64,000 nt of DNA, taken from Candidatus Saccharimonadia bacterium (GTDB lineage: Bacteria; Patescibacteriota; Saccharimonadia; UBA4664; SCTI01). A model generated the notes under the pieces. The model was not told the origin of the DNA. It saw only the letters and a list, made by a program, of their open reading frames with translations, and searched no databases. Below are positions 9,332 through 18,528 of the stretch, piece by piece. The position numbers and the translations under genes were made by a program. Position 1 is the stretch's first letter. Every line of letters begins with the position of its first letter. Location of the stretch: the NCBI GenBank assembly GCA_046597065.1, contig JBKJLI010000003.1:72219-136218 (forward strand), written 5' to 3'.

Positions 9332-9481
9332 CAGTAGTCTCCTTTGCTTTATAGCTTATGAGGCATTGCACCCTCACCGGCGCATCCTATCTTACCGTCA
9401 TTATAGTCATAGACATCAGGGCAACGCAACAATTCCGGTAATTTATAACTTAATCTCATTTTAATACGCCTCCCCTATCCT

Positions 9482-10156
9482 ATGTATATGTTGCTTTATC
9501 GATTGGCAAAACTGCTGGCTCCACCTTCATGTGTTGGCTGTGGTATACAAAATGACGTCTTTTGCACAAGCTGCGTACTCAGCCTAATGGCTCCACCACG
9601 CGTATGTGTGTGGTGCGGGTACAAATGTAGTGCAATGGCCTGCAAGAGTTGCCTAAGGCAGCGTGAAGTTAATTCAGTTGTGGTTGTTGCCGCCTATCGT
9701 GAAGCAGCCAAGGCCCTAGTACATTCGGCCAAGTTTAACCACAACCGGCTCGCTGCGGAGGCAATTGGACTACAACTTGCAACATATGCCATGGGGCTAA
9801 GCGTTGAGTTGGTTACAACAGTGCCAACACTACCGGCGCACATTCGTAGCCGCGGATACGACCATGCAGAAGCAATCGGTAAGTCTACTGCTATGTTAAT
9901 AAAACGTCCTTACAAACGCTTGTTGCGCCGGCTAAAAACCACAACTCAGGTGGGCAAAAATCGACAAGAAAGGCTTAACCAAGCTGCAAACAGCGTTAAT
10001 TTAATTAAACCATTTAAACCTAAATCAGTTCTGTTGATTGATGATGTCGTCACAACTGGTGCTACAATTGCCGATTGCGTGGCGGCATTAAACTGGGATG
10101 GTAATAAAAATGTACATGTCATTGCTTTTGCTTTTCAGCCAAGTGACCCTGCTTAA
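9482..10156 (+). CDS. comFC: ComF/ComFC-family competence protein (double zinc ribbon plus phosphoribosyltransferase domain)
   Basis: N-terminal CxxC...CxxC pairs (CVGCG..CTSC; CVWCG..CKSC). C-terminal type I PRTase motif VLLIDDVVTTGATIADC. Confidence 0.8.
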   Translation: MYMLLYRLAKLLAPPSCVGCGIQNDVFCTSCVLSLMAPPRVCVWCGYKCSAMACKSCLRQREVNSVVVVAAYREAAKALVHSAKFNHNRLAAEAIGLQLATYAMGLSVELVTTVPTLPAHIRSRGYDHAEAIGKSTAMLIKRPYKRLLRRLKTTTQVGKNRQERLNQAANSVNLIKPFKPKSVLLIDDVVTTGATIADCVAALNWDGNKNVHVIAFAFQPSDPA

Positions 10157-10159
10157 CCA

Positions 10160-10192
10160 AATCCAAAAGAGGAGGATTATTCCTCTTTTGGA
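10160..10192 (+). terminator. Hairpin after comFC (possible terminator)
   Basis: CCAAAAGAGGAGGATTATTCCTCTTTTGG: 11-bp stem. There is no strong downstream T-run beyond the stem itself. Confidence 0.4.
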
Positions 10193-10547
10193 GCTCGTTG
10201 CTCATTATCACAATTCTTTTCTAAAACCCGACTATAGGCACCATCCCTTCTAGCTTTATGCTCAGATCTTATTTAATATGACAGCCTCATCTGTTAATGG
10301 CTTTTAGATAGTGGTTGATTGGCAATCCGCCCTTGATCTATTAATAGATGGCGCTGCTTTTCTATACTAGTCTTTCAAGCTCATTGTCTGCTCGCTCGAT
10401 CGGCTGTTATGGCCCTGTCGACTTCGCTAGCATGTTTAGAGCATAGCGCGATATTAAATATATGTCAATAGAAGCCAACAGAAAATATAGAATACACCCA
10501 TCTGTTAACAGGTTAGATAAATATGTAAATGTTCACTGGCAATAACG

Positions 10548-10574
10548 CAAAAAAAAGCCCCGACATATGTCGGG
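10548..10574 (-). terminator. Rho-independent terminator on the minus strand
   Basis: Minus strand reads CCCGACATATGTCGGGGCTTTTTTTT: 7-bp stem plus a U8 tract. No protein gene ends here, so it most plausibly ends the GC-rich RNA immediately upstream on the minus strand. Confidence 0.6.
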
Positions 10575-10575
10575 A

Positions 10576-10920
10576 TTGGCCAATAAGGCATAAGGGGGTG
10601 CCTCACCAGAGTGGTGGGTCGGTTTGTGCCGACTCCTACCACTCTGGGAGACAAGGGCCGCCTACGGTTACCTGCCTAGCTTGTTCAGCTTGCAGGAAGT
10701 TGAAGGGTGCCCATGGGGGACGCTTAGCGCAGAAACGCGCCACCGTCCCATGGCAGCATCTCGTGGCCATACGTGTGGCCGTCGATGAGAAGATGCCGAA
10801 CGAAGGCGCCCGAGCCCAGGCTCAGGCTCGAGCTACGACGTCTGCATGTGGACCTCCGAGGAGGTGTCATGATGGCGACCTCCAGTCGCGGTGATAGATG
10901 GGCCCAGGATTAGACCCTTA
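10576..10920. ncRNA. GC-rich, highly structured non-coding segment; candidate stable RNA with family unassigned (RNase P RNA considered, not confirmed)
   Basis: About 60% GC block between AT-rich spacers. Multiple long hairpins (for example CCAGAGTGGTGGG...CCTACCACTCTGG and CCATGGGGGACG...CGTCCCATGG). Motifs GAAGGGUGCC and CAGGAAG loosely resemble RNase P CR-II. A minus-strand terminator sits at the low-coordinate end. The 121-aa ORF 10529-10894 across it looks spurious. No tmRNA T-arm/CCA and no clean RNase P P4 were found. Confidence 0.35.
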
Positions 10921-11086
10921 GTGATGCACTCGAGTTGCAGTGCCAGAAACCAGTGCTGTGTACACCGACAACTTCTGGGCGAACACTAACACTTAGATAT
11001 CCTTTAAAAGTGCACCGACTACATCGAGTACAGCACTAATATACTAGCAGAAAATACTTGTTACGTCAAACATTACTGACAGTTAA

Positions 11087-11839
11087 TTACTTCTTATTGC
11101 TCCAAGCCATTTCAAACAGCTGTCTAAGAACTCCGACAATCTCTTTACTTTCAATAATTACGCCAATCGAATCTTTGCCAGCGTAGGTTACAAAGGCCAC
11201 CACGTCTTCGTGTAAGCTGACATCGGCTTTAATCGGTTCGTTCACCTTGATTGTTTCGCGTAGAAGTTTGGGATCGCTAGGAAAATCCCCCCGATAGGAG
11301 TAAATAATTTTGCTAGATCGCTTCTTTTTAAGGCGTTGAGTAGGGTTGGACTTCATGATATCGGGTATTATCTTTTCGACCTCATCGTAATTGACTACCC
11401 CATAGCCAACATCTCCAATATGAGCTCTACGCTGTGCTTCGTTGGCGGCAGCCCGTACGCCCTCTACCCCTTTATAAAACCTCACCACGGGGGCTTTATC
11501 GGCCTCTGAGCGCTGGGTTTGTTCTAGCTGAGGAAGCAGCTCTTTAAGCTCTTCGCGCCGTTGCACAATTTGTTCGGCTTGTCGTTCAAATAAACGATTG
11601 AGGGCCGAAGGACCTTCGGCCACGTAAACCGTTTTCTTATTTTCGGTTGACTGGCTTACTAGACCTAAGTCAGCCAACTGGTCCAAAATCACATAAGCGG
11701 TGGCTCGATTAACATCAGCCTGTTCAGAAATTTTCTGAACTGCCGAAGGGCCTAAAAACAGGGCGGCCACATAAACCTTGGCCTCTTTGTCAGAAAGGCC
11801 CAACGACTGCAGTTTAGCGGCTAATTCAGTGATTTGCAT
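11087..11839 (-). CDS. TrmB-family winged-helix transcriptional regulator
   Basis: N-terminal wHTH (LGLSDKEAKVYVAALFLGPSAVQKISEQADVNRATAYVILDQLADLGLV) plus a C-terminal TrmB-like domain. Confidence 0.65.
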   Translation of the reverse strand: MQITELAAKLQSLGLSDKEAKVYVAALFLGPSAVQKISEQADVNRATAYVILDQLADLGLVSQSTENKKTVYVAEGPSALNRLFERQAEQIVQRREELKELLPQLEQTQRSEADKAPVVRFYKGVEGVRAAANEAQRRAHIGDVGYGVVNYDEVEKIIPDIMKSNPTQRLKKKRSSKIIYSYRGDFPSDPKLLRETIKVNEPIKADVSLHEDVVAFVTYAGKDSIGVIIESKEIVGVLRQLFEMAWSNKK

Positions 11840-11886
11840 ACCAACACTTTAACATTGTTGTCAGTAAATATCAACAGAATAATTGC

Positions 11887-11976
11887 TGGCGGAGGGGGTG
11901 GGATTCGAACCCACGAGACGGTCTCCCGCCTGCTGGTTTTCAAGACCAGTACCTTCAACCACTCGGTCACCCCTCC
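11887..11976 (-). tRNA. tRNA-Ser (anticodon TGA)
   Basis: Reverse complement folds as a class II tRNA: acceptor GGAGGGG/CCCCTCC, anticodon loop CTTGAAA, long variable arm, T-loop GGTTCGAATCC, encoded CCA. Confidence 0.9.
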
Positions 11977-12081
11977 GGGTGCGCCATGGGCGTACTATAC
12001 ACACTGAAGGGGCCGGCCAACAAGCGGTTGATTGTGCTTTAGCAGTCAACTCGGCATAATACAGCTATTAGAGGTCGTGAC

Positions 12082-12645
12082 ATGGAACCCAATCCCCAAA
12101 ATTCAACAGTAGCCGAAATTAAACCTTCGACTGAAGTTGTGCAGCTAGAAACCCAGCCGAATGATACACCTAAGGCCGATGTTCCTGAACTACCCCCATA
12201 CTCATGGCATGCTTCTGAATATATTTTTCATTCAAAGCCAGTTACTTGGTACTTAGCCTTATGGGTTATAGTGCTGGTTGTTTGCGGCGGATTAGTCTTT
12301 TTACAGCAATGGCTAAGCATAGCAGTTATTGTTGTAATGGCTTTGGCAATTAGCGTTTATACCCGTAAAGAGCCACGTGAATTACAGTACATGCTAGATT
12401 CACATGGCGTAACCGTAGACGGCAAGCTAATAGCGTACAACTTGTTTCATTCGTTTAGTGTGGCCCAAGAAATGTCGTGGCACGAAATTGATTTAGAGCC
12501 TACCAAGAGATTTGTCCCGCGCTTAACCCTTATATGCGCAACGGCCGATGCCGGACAAATAGAGCAAATTCTAGCGGCTCACTTACCACGTCAAGATCGC
12601 TTGCCCGACTGGGTTGAGCGAGCCAGCCGCCGCCTGCGTTTTTAG
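12082..12645 (+). CDS. Hypothetical membrane protein (2 TM; bPH/YdbS-like topology)
   Basis: 187-aa ORF. Two adjacent TM helices after a hydrophilic N-terminus. No recognisable catalytic motif. Confidence 0.45.
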   Translation: MEPNPQNSTVAEIKPSTEVVQLETQPNDTPKADVPELPPYSWHASEYIFHSKPVTWYLALWVIVLVVCGGLVFLQQWLSIAVIVVMALAISVYTRKEPRELQYMLDSHGVTVDGKLIAYNLFHSFSVAQEMSWHEIDLEPTKRFVPRLTLICATADAGQIEQILAAHLPRQDRLPDWVERASRRLRF

Positions 12646-12698
12646 GCTTCAAAACCTTCTACAGATGTGCTAATCTGGAACGGTCATAAACCTGGTAT

Positions 12699-12775
<77 letters not shown>

Positions 12776-12836
12776 GGAATGATTTTTGCAGCGGGACCTA
12801 GCCAATCCACCAGTAATCGGCCGGCCCAAGCGAGAT

Positions 12837-12926
12837 GGAGAGGTGGCCGAGTGGTTGAAGGCGCCGCTCTCGAAAAGCGGTATACCGGCAACGGTATCGT
12901 GGGTTCGAATCCCACCCTCTCCGCCA
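12837..12926 (+). tRNA. tRNA-Ser (anticodon CGA)
   Basis: GGAGAGGTGGCCGAGTGGTTGAAGGCG CCGCT CTCGAAA AGCGG plus a long variable arm plus GTGGGTTCGAATCCCAC CCTCTCC G CCA. Confidence 0.9.
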
Positions 12927-12960
12927 TGCTGTAACTTAACAGAATTGATAGAATAGACAG

Positions 12961-13004
12961 TGTTTTCACGTGAAAACACCAGCCGACGTTTTCACGTGAA
13001 AACG
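12961..13004. repeat. Two copies of an 18-nt perfect palindrome, (T/C)GTTTTCACGTGAAAAC(A/G), 8 nt apart in the tRNA spacer
   Basis: TGTTTTCACGTGAAAACA at 12961-12978 and CGTTTTCACGTGAAAACG at 12987-13004. The second 18-mer recurs exactly inside valS at 15148-15165. Confidence 0.9.
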
Positions 13005-13014
13005 AACACTTCGT

Positions 13015-13107
13015 GGAGAGGTACCCAAGTGGCTGAAGGGGCGGGTTTGCTAAACCTGTAGGGGGGAGTAATCCCCCGCGAGAGTTCGAATCTCTCTCTC
13101 TCCGCCA
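13015..13107 (+). tRNA. tRNA-Ser (anticodon GCT)
   Basis: GGAGAGGTACCCAAGTGGCTGAAGGGG CGGGT TTGCTAA ACCTG plus a long variable arm plus GAGAGTTCGAATCTCTC TCTCTCC G CCA. Confidence 0.9.
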
Positions 13108-13119
13108 GCACTTATATGA

Positions 13120-13929
13120 TTAAAAGCGGCCCGAACGTAGATTTTCAATAATCTGCTTTTCTTGGTTGGCACCATCGCGCTGGCCCTGGGCTAACAGCAC
13201 GCGTCGCTTTAGTTCGTGAGCATCTAAACTACTTGGATCAATTGAAAGGGCGTTTGCGGCGGCCTGAGCGGCCTTGTTAACGTTGTCATGCTTATTATCG
13301 GGTGCGGTTAAATACAACGCTCCAAGGGCCGTAAAACGGCTAACAGAGCGTTCCGGGGCAGTCTCTAGCACTCGCAGAGCAGCCTGGGGCATGTGGTTGG
13401 CCAGCAGTTCAGATGCAAGTGCAGTGCCGCCACCCTGAATTCTAGTTAATGACCGCTCCCCCGCTGTCGATAAGATTTTGGCTTTAAGTTGATTTGCTTC
13501 TAACCCTCGGCCATTTACAGCCAACCAAATGGCTTGTTGAAGCGCTTTACTTTCAGAATCAGTATTTTCAATTTGGCCCTGTCCCCTACCCAGTTCAATT
13601 TGAGCATGCGACCTGGTTAATACGGCGTCATTGCCATCACGATTACGTAGAACTTCAAATGCGCTATCGGCCCTCCAGCGTTCCAGGTAACGTGTGGCCA
13701 GTTCCACAGCGTAACCGGCATTTTTCGGATCGAGCTTAATGGCTATCTGGTAGCCGGTTTCAGGATCAATACTGTTTTTGTTGGCTGCGTCGGCTATTAT
13801 AGCCGCCCGATCTTGGGCAAAAGCTTTAGCCACCGGCACCATTGCGGCTAAACCTAGAGCTGCCAGCCCAACAGATCCTGCCGCCAACCAGGCGAACCAG
13901 TTATTTTTTGATGTTTGCGATTTGCTCAT
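13120..13929 (-). CDS. Hypothetical secreted or membrane-anchored protein
   Basis: 269 aa. N-terminal signal/anchor (WFAWLAAGSVGLAALGLAAMVPVAKA). Ala/Leu-rich helical repeats. No enzymatic motif. Confidence 0.45.
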   Translation of the reverse strand: MSKSQTSKNNWFAWLAAGSVGLAALGLAAMVPVAKAFAQDRAAIIADAANKNSIDPETGYQIAIKLDPKNAGYAVELATRYLERWRADSAFEVLRNRDGNDAVLTRSHAQIELGRGQGQIENTDSESKALQQAIWLAVNGRGLEANQLKAKILSTAGERSLTRIQGGGTALASELLANHMPQAALRVLETAPERSVSRFTALGALYLTAPDNKHDNVNKAAQAAANALSIDPSSLDAHELKRRVLLAQGQRDGANQEKQIIENLRSGRF

Positions 13930-16441
13930 CTAGTTTTGATATTAACAGCTCGGTTTGTTGTAAGCGATCACGTGTTTCTGTTACCAGCGTGGCAGGAGCC
14001 TTTTCTAAGTACCTATGGTTAGAGAGCTGTAATTTTAGGCGTTTGGCATACTCCCCTGCTTCATTGAGCTTAAGCTTAAGATTATCTAAGTAGCGACCAA
14101 CATCTTCGGTGCTGATTAAAAGTCGTCCCACCAGTTTTCCAGCCTCGACTTTTAAACCACCACTCCCCTCTTTAATTTCGCTAAGCCCAGCTAGCTTAAC
14201 TAGAATCTTGAAATCGACAGCAGTGAGATCGTCGGCCAAGCTAAGACTGGGTTGTTTAAGCTCTAATTCAGCAGAAATACCGCGTATTTGGCTTACTAGA
14301 GCCATAATATCTATAAATACTTGATTCTTTACATCAAATTTATTGGCTTTAGGCCAGTCCGAAACTATTAAGTTATGGCTTTGCCAAGGCAATTGCTGCC
14401 ATATTACCTCGGTTACGAACGGTGCAAAGGGGTGGATTAAGCGCAGAATGGTATCAAGGCAATAGGTTAGTACCGAAGGGTTAGGGGATACTTTGGATGC
14501 TTCAATATACCAATCAGCCAGATCGTCCCAAAGTAATGAGTAGATTCGCTCGCCAGCCTCGCTAAACCGGTAACTTTCAATGGCTTTACTTACATCAGTA
14601 ATCTCGGAGTTAAAACGATTCAAAATCCAGTGGTCTGCCGAACTGATTGGTTTCGGTGTAGTGGGGGAGTGGTCGCCTTCGGGTAGCGAATCAAGAATAA
14701 AACGGCTAACGTTCCATAACTTGTTGCAGAAGTTACGGTAACCCTCGATTTTTTTATCTGATAATGAGCCATCATTTCCGGGTGTAATACCAATTGTTAG
14801 TGCTAGACGCAATGCGTCTGTTCCATATTCGGCTGTTTTCTCGAGCGGATTGATTACATTTCCCTTGCTTTTGCTCATTTTTTTACCCCGCTCATCATTA
14901 ACCAGGCCGTGCAAATAGATGGTTTTAAAAGGTACTTTTCCTGTCCGGTATAGGCCAAGCATAACCATGCGCGTTACCCAGATGGTTAGGATGTCACGAC
15001 CGGTTTCCATAACCGAGGTAGGGTAGAAGCGTTCAAAATCACCGCTGCTCATAAGCGTGGCGTATGGCCACTGGCTAGATGAAAACCAGGTGTCAAAGGT
15101 ATCAGACTCGGCCTCGTAGTTGCCTTCGCCGTAATACTCTTTGGCCTCGTTTTCACGTGAAAACGGCATGTATGGGGCTTTGGTAGTGTCTGAGCCGGTG
15201 TTGTAGTAAACCGGGATCCGAATTCCAAACCAGTTCTGGCGGCTGATATTCCAGTCGCGTAAGTTCTCTAACCAGCTGATGTACTGTTTTTCAAAACGTT
15301 TAGGCACAATTTTGATATCGCCATTCTTAACAGCCTCAATTGCCGGCTTAACAAGCTGTTCAACTTTTAACCACCACTGCTCTGTAACCAAGGGTTCAAT
15401 CTGGGTGCCGCAGCGGCTATGGTAGGCGACATTATGACTGTAATTCATTTCGATGTGATCAATTAAACCTGCGGCTTCAAGGTCTTGTGCCACCTGTTGG
15501 CGTGCATCAACTACCGGCATACCGGCATATTTGCCGGCTAACTTGGTCAGGCGGCCATCGGTACCAATAGCTTGTTTAACTTCAAGGTTATGGCGCAAGC
15601 CCATCTCCCAGTCATTGGGATCATGGGCCGGGGTAACCTTTACTACACCGGTACCAAAAGCCGGATCAACGTAGTCGTCGGCAATGACTTTTAGCTTGAA
15701 TTTACCCAGTAGGCCATCGGCTTCGATTTCTTTACCGATGTATTTTTGGTAGCGCTCATCTTTGGGGTGTACTGCAATTGCCGTGTCGCCAAACTTAGTT
15801 TCTGGACGCACCGTCGCCAGCACAAAGGGACCATATTTGATGTAATACAACGGATCTATCTGTTGCTGGTGCTTAATTTCGATATCAGCGAAAGCTGAGT
15901 GGCAATGAGGGCACCAGTTTACAATGCGGTTGCCTCGGTATATGTGGCCATCTTTTAACAGCTTGCGAAAAGTGTCGTAGACAGTGTCGATAACATCATC
16001 ATCAAGGGTGAATTTAAGCCGGCTCCAATCGGCCGAAAAGCCCATGGCTTTTAGCTCGCTAAGCATGATCCCCATGTGTTCACGGGTATATTCCAAAGCA
16101 GCTTGGTAAAACTCTTGGGGGCTATAATCGAAGCGAGTTTTGCCTTCCTTAGCTAGTTCGCGTTCAAACACAATCTGGGTTTCGATGCCGGCGTGATCCA
16201 TTCCGGGTAGCCACAGCGTAGGGTGGCCTTTCATCCGCCAGTATCGAATCATGACATCTTCTACAGTGAACATGGCGGTGCCAACGTGGATGTGTCCGTT
16301 GGCATTGGGTGGCGGCATAATGATAGAAAATGGCGACTTTTTAGGATCGCCGGCCGGCTTAAAAGCACCAGATTCTTCCCATAGCTTGTATATATCGGCC
16401 TCGTAACGGGAGGGGACGTATGCTTTTTCCATCTCACTCAT
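13901..16441 (-). CDS. valS: Valine--tRNA ligase
   Basis: HIGH motif (PPPNANGHIHVGTAMF), KMSKS motif (KMSKSKGN), an editing domain and a C-terminal coiled coil. 846 aa. Confidence 0.92.
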   Translation of the reverse strand: MSEMEKAYVPSRYEADIYKLWEESGAFKPAGDPKKSPFSIIMPPPNANGHIHVGTAMFTVEDVMIRYWRMKGHPTLWLPGMDHAGIETQIVFERELAKEGKTRFDYSPQEFYQAALEYTREHMGIMLSELKAMGFSADWSRLKFTLDDDVIDTVYDTFRKLLKDGHIYRGNRIVNWCPHCHSAFADIEIKHQQQIDPLYYIKYGPFVLATVRPETKFGDTAIAVHPKDERYQKYIGKEIEADGLLGKFKLKVIADDYVDPAFGTGVVKVTPAHDPNDWEMGLRHNLEVKQAIGTDGRLTKLAGKYAGMPVVDARQQVAQDLEAAGLIDHIEMNYSHNVAYHSRCGTQIEPLVTEQWWLKVEQLVKPAIEAVKNGDIKIVPKRFEKQYISWLENLRDWNISRQNWFGIRIPVYYNTGSDTTKAPYMPFSRENEAKEYYGEGNYEAESDTFDTWFSSSQWPYATLMSSGDFERFYPTSVMETGRDILTIWVTRMVMLGLYRTGKVPFKTIYLHGLVNDERGKKMSKSKGNVINPLEKTAEYGTDALRLALTIGITPGNDGSLSDKKIEGYRNFCNKLWNVSRFILDSLPEGDHSPTTPKPISSADHWILNRFNSEITDVSKAIESYRFSEAGERIYSLLWDDLADWYIEASKVSPNPSVLTYCLDTILRLIHPFAPFVTEVIWQQLPWQSHNLIVSDWPKANKFDVKNQVFIDIMALVSQIRGISAELELKQPSLSLADDLTAVDFKILVKLAGLSEIKEGSGGLKVEAGKLVGRLLISTEDVGRYLDNLKLKLNEAGEYAKRLKLQLSNHRYLEKAPATLVTETRDRLQQTELLISKLDEQIANIKK

Positions 16442-16485
16442 GGGCCAATTTTAGCACGGGAGCGAACAGATAACAGCCGGTTGGA

Positions 16486-17511
16486 CTACATCGACAGAAT
16501 GGGGTCTGGTGTAAGCAAGAGGGGACTGGCAATGCTAGCTTTAGCAAATCCACCACGTGCCGCGATCATAGCAGCATTATCGGTACACAGGTTGATGGGT
16601 GGAAAGATTACCGGGATATTAAGCGATCCTATTAGCTGTGAACGCAATAGTTGGTTGGCAGCAACCCCGCCGGCTACCACCACACTGGTGGGGGAGTAAA
16701 GCCGCGTAGCCGTAGTTACTCGCTCAATTAAAATCTCAACCGCAACACGTTGAAAGCTAGCGGCTAAATCATGCTTTTGTGTCTGAGTTAGCAGGTCTGG
16801 GAGCTCATGCGATGGTGTGCGATAGTCGCGCCCAGCTGCAGCTTGTGCCGTTCGAAGTACCGCTGTTTTTAACCCACTAAAGCTAAAATCTAAACTGTCC
16901 TTGCCAAGTTTAGGCTTAGGTAAAGCAAAAACGCTGTCATCACCCTGCTCGGCCGCATTCGCAACCGATGGCCCACCAGGGTAGGGGAGCCCGATAATTT
17001 TAGCTACTTTGTCGAAGGCCTCACCAACGGCATCATCGTGAGTACGGCCTAAAATGTCGTAAATTCCATGATTGCGAAACAGCACCAGCTGGGTGTGTCC
17101 ACCAGATACAATCAGCCCAAGTATTGGAAACCGTGGGGGAGTGTTGGTAAGCCAGGCTGCATATACGTGAGCTTCTACATGATTGATTGCCATAAGTGGT
17201 TTTTGCTTGATAACCGCTAGAGTTCGAGCGGCCAGGTTACCAATGAGTAGCGAGCCAATTAAGCCAGGGCCTTTAGTTACTGCAATTGCATCGATTTCGG
17301 CCCAACCAAGCTTAGCGTCTGCCAGCGCTTGCTCAATTACCGGAGTCATCACCTCGATGTGTGAGCGGGCTGCTACTTCTGGCACTACGCCACCATAAAC
17401 CGCATGCAGGTCTACCTGCGACGCCACAACATTGCTAAGCAGATCGGTGCCATTTTTAACAACCGCGGCGGCGGTTTCATCGCAACTAGTTTCAATGCCA
17501 AGAATCGTCAT
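16486..17511 (-). CDS. tsaD: tRNA N6-adenosine threonylcarbamoyltransferase (Kae1/TsaD family)
   Basis: MTILGIETSCDETAAAVV N-terminus; a metal-binding HxxH region is present. Confidence 0.88.
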   Translation of the reverse strand: MTILGIETSCDETAAAVVKNGTDLLSNVVASQVDLHAVYGGVVPEVAARSHIEVMTPVIEQALADAKLGWAEIDAIAVTKGPGLIGSLLIGNLAARTLAVIKQKPLMAINHVEAHVYAAWLTNTPPRFPILGLIVSGGHTQLVLFRNHGIYDILGRTHDDAVGEAFDKVAKIIGLPYPGGPSVANAAEQGDDSVFALPKPKLGKDSLDFSFSGLKTAVLRTAQAAAGRDYRTPSHELPDLLTQTQKHDLAASFQRVAVEILIERVTTATRLYSPTSVVVAGGVAANQLLRSQLIGSLNIPVIFPPINLCTDNAAMIAARGGFAKASIASPLLLTPDPILSM

Positions 17512-17559
17512 GCCGCCCAGTATACATTAGGGTGCTTCTTATGCGGTACAATAAGCGGT

Positions 17560-18528
17560 ATGAATATTGGACTGCCGCCAGCCGCCTGGGACGACCATAT
17601 TACTCAACTGGGCGGCAGTTTGCTGCAGAGTCGGGTTTGGGCTGAGGTGCAAGAAGCAATGGGCCGGACCTCGGTTTGGGAGCAAGGCGATGGTTGGGCA
17701 TGGTGCGGTGCGGTGCGAGTAAGTTATGGTCTGCGTTATCTAATGTGCAGCTATGGCCCGGTGGCCAAAGATGCTACTGCCATGAAGGCAGCGCTAGATT
17801 CGCTGCTAGTGGCCGGTCGTCAGCTAGGTGCTGACTTTGTGCGAGTAGAGCCCCAAGACGCTGTTTCAATAAAGCCATTACAAAAACACGACGCGGTGCA
17901 GATTGCCGATTGGCAGCCGCGTCACACCCAGGTAATTGACCTGCTACAAGACGAAGCAGTATTGCGTAGTGGTTTGGCTTCGGGCCATCGCAACTTAATT
18001 AATGGGGCTGAGCGACGAGGCGTTAAGGTTCGCACCAGCCACAGCGACGATGATCTTAAACTTTTTTTAGATATGATTCACGACACTGCTAAGCGCACTA
18101 AGGCTGTCTTTTTTGCCGACAGTTACTATCTGCAGTTATGGAAAGCCATGACTAGCGAACGAGCGGCGGTATTGTATGTTGCCGAAGCCGAAGGGCAGCC
18201 GGTATCAACGGCTTTACTTTATGACTGGGGTGGTACCAGAATTTATGCCCATGCCGGAGCCTACCAGGCGGCCAACCGTAAAACTAAGGCCTCGGTTGTG
18301 TTGGTTTGGCAGTCGATACTTGATGCCAAAGCCGCCGGCTTAAAAGAGTTTGATCTGTGGGGGGTGGCTCCAAGCGATGACCCCAAACATCCTTGGGCCG
18401 GTCTGACCTCGTTTAAAAAGGGCTTTGGCGGCCAAGCACGGGAGTATGTCGGAACCTGGGATATTCCGCTTAAGAAAGCCAAATATGGTGTTTATAGTGT
18501 TTATCGACGGGTGAGGGGTCGCGAGTAG
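17560..18528 (+). CDS. FemAB-family peptidoglycan interpeptide-bridge aminoacyltransferase, paralog 1
   Basis: FemAB-like acyltransferase fold. Start moved to Met53 of the ORF-track frame so that it does not overlap tsaD. Confidence 0.6.
   Translation: MNIGLPPAAWDDHITQLGGSLLQSRVWAEVQEAMGRTSVWEQGDGWAWCGAVRVSYGLRYLMCSYGPVAKDATAMKAALDSLLVAGRQLGADFVRVEPQDAVSIKPLQKHDAVQIADWQPRHTQVIDLLQDEAVLRSGLASGHRNLINGAERRGVKVRTSHSDDDLKLFLDMIHDTAKRTKAVFFADSYYLQLWKAMTSERAAVLYVAEAEGQPVSTALLYDWGGTRIYAHAGAYQAANRKTKASVVLVWQSILDAKAAGLKEFDLWGVAPSDDPKHPWAGLTSFKKGFGGQAREYVGTWDIPLKKAKYGVYSVYRRVRGRE

Noticed and set aside
10529-10894. 121-aa plus-strand ORF in the ORF track
   Set aside because: It lies wholly inside the GC-rich hairpin-dense segment. 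It has no Shine-Dalgarno and a composition typical of spurious ORFs in GC-rich structured DNA. It is better explained as part of a structured RNA.
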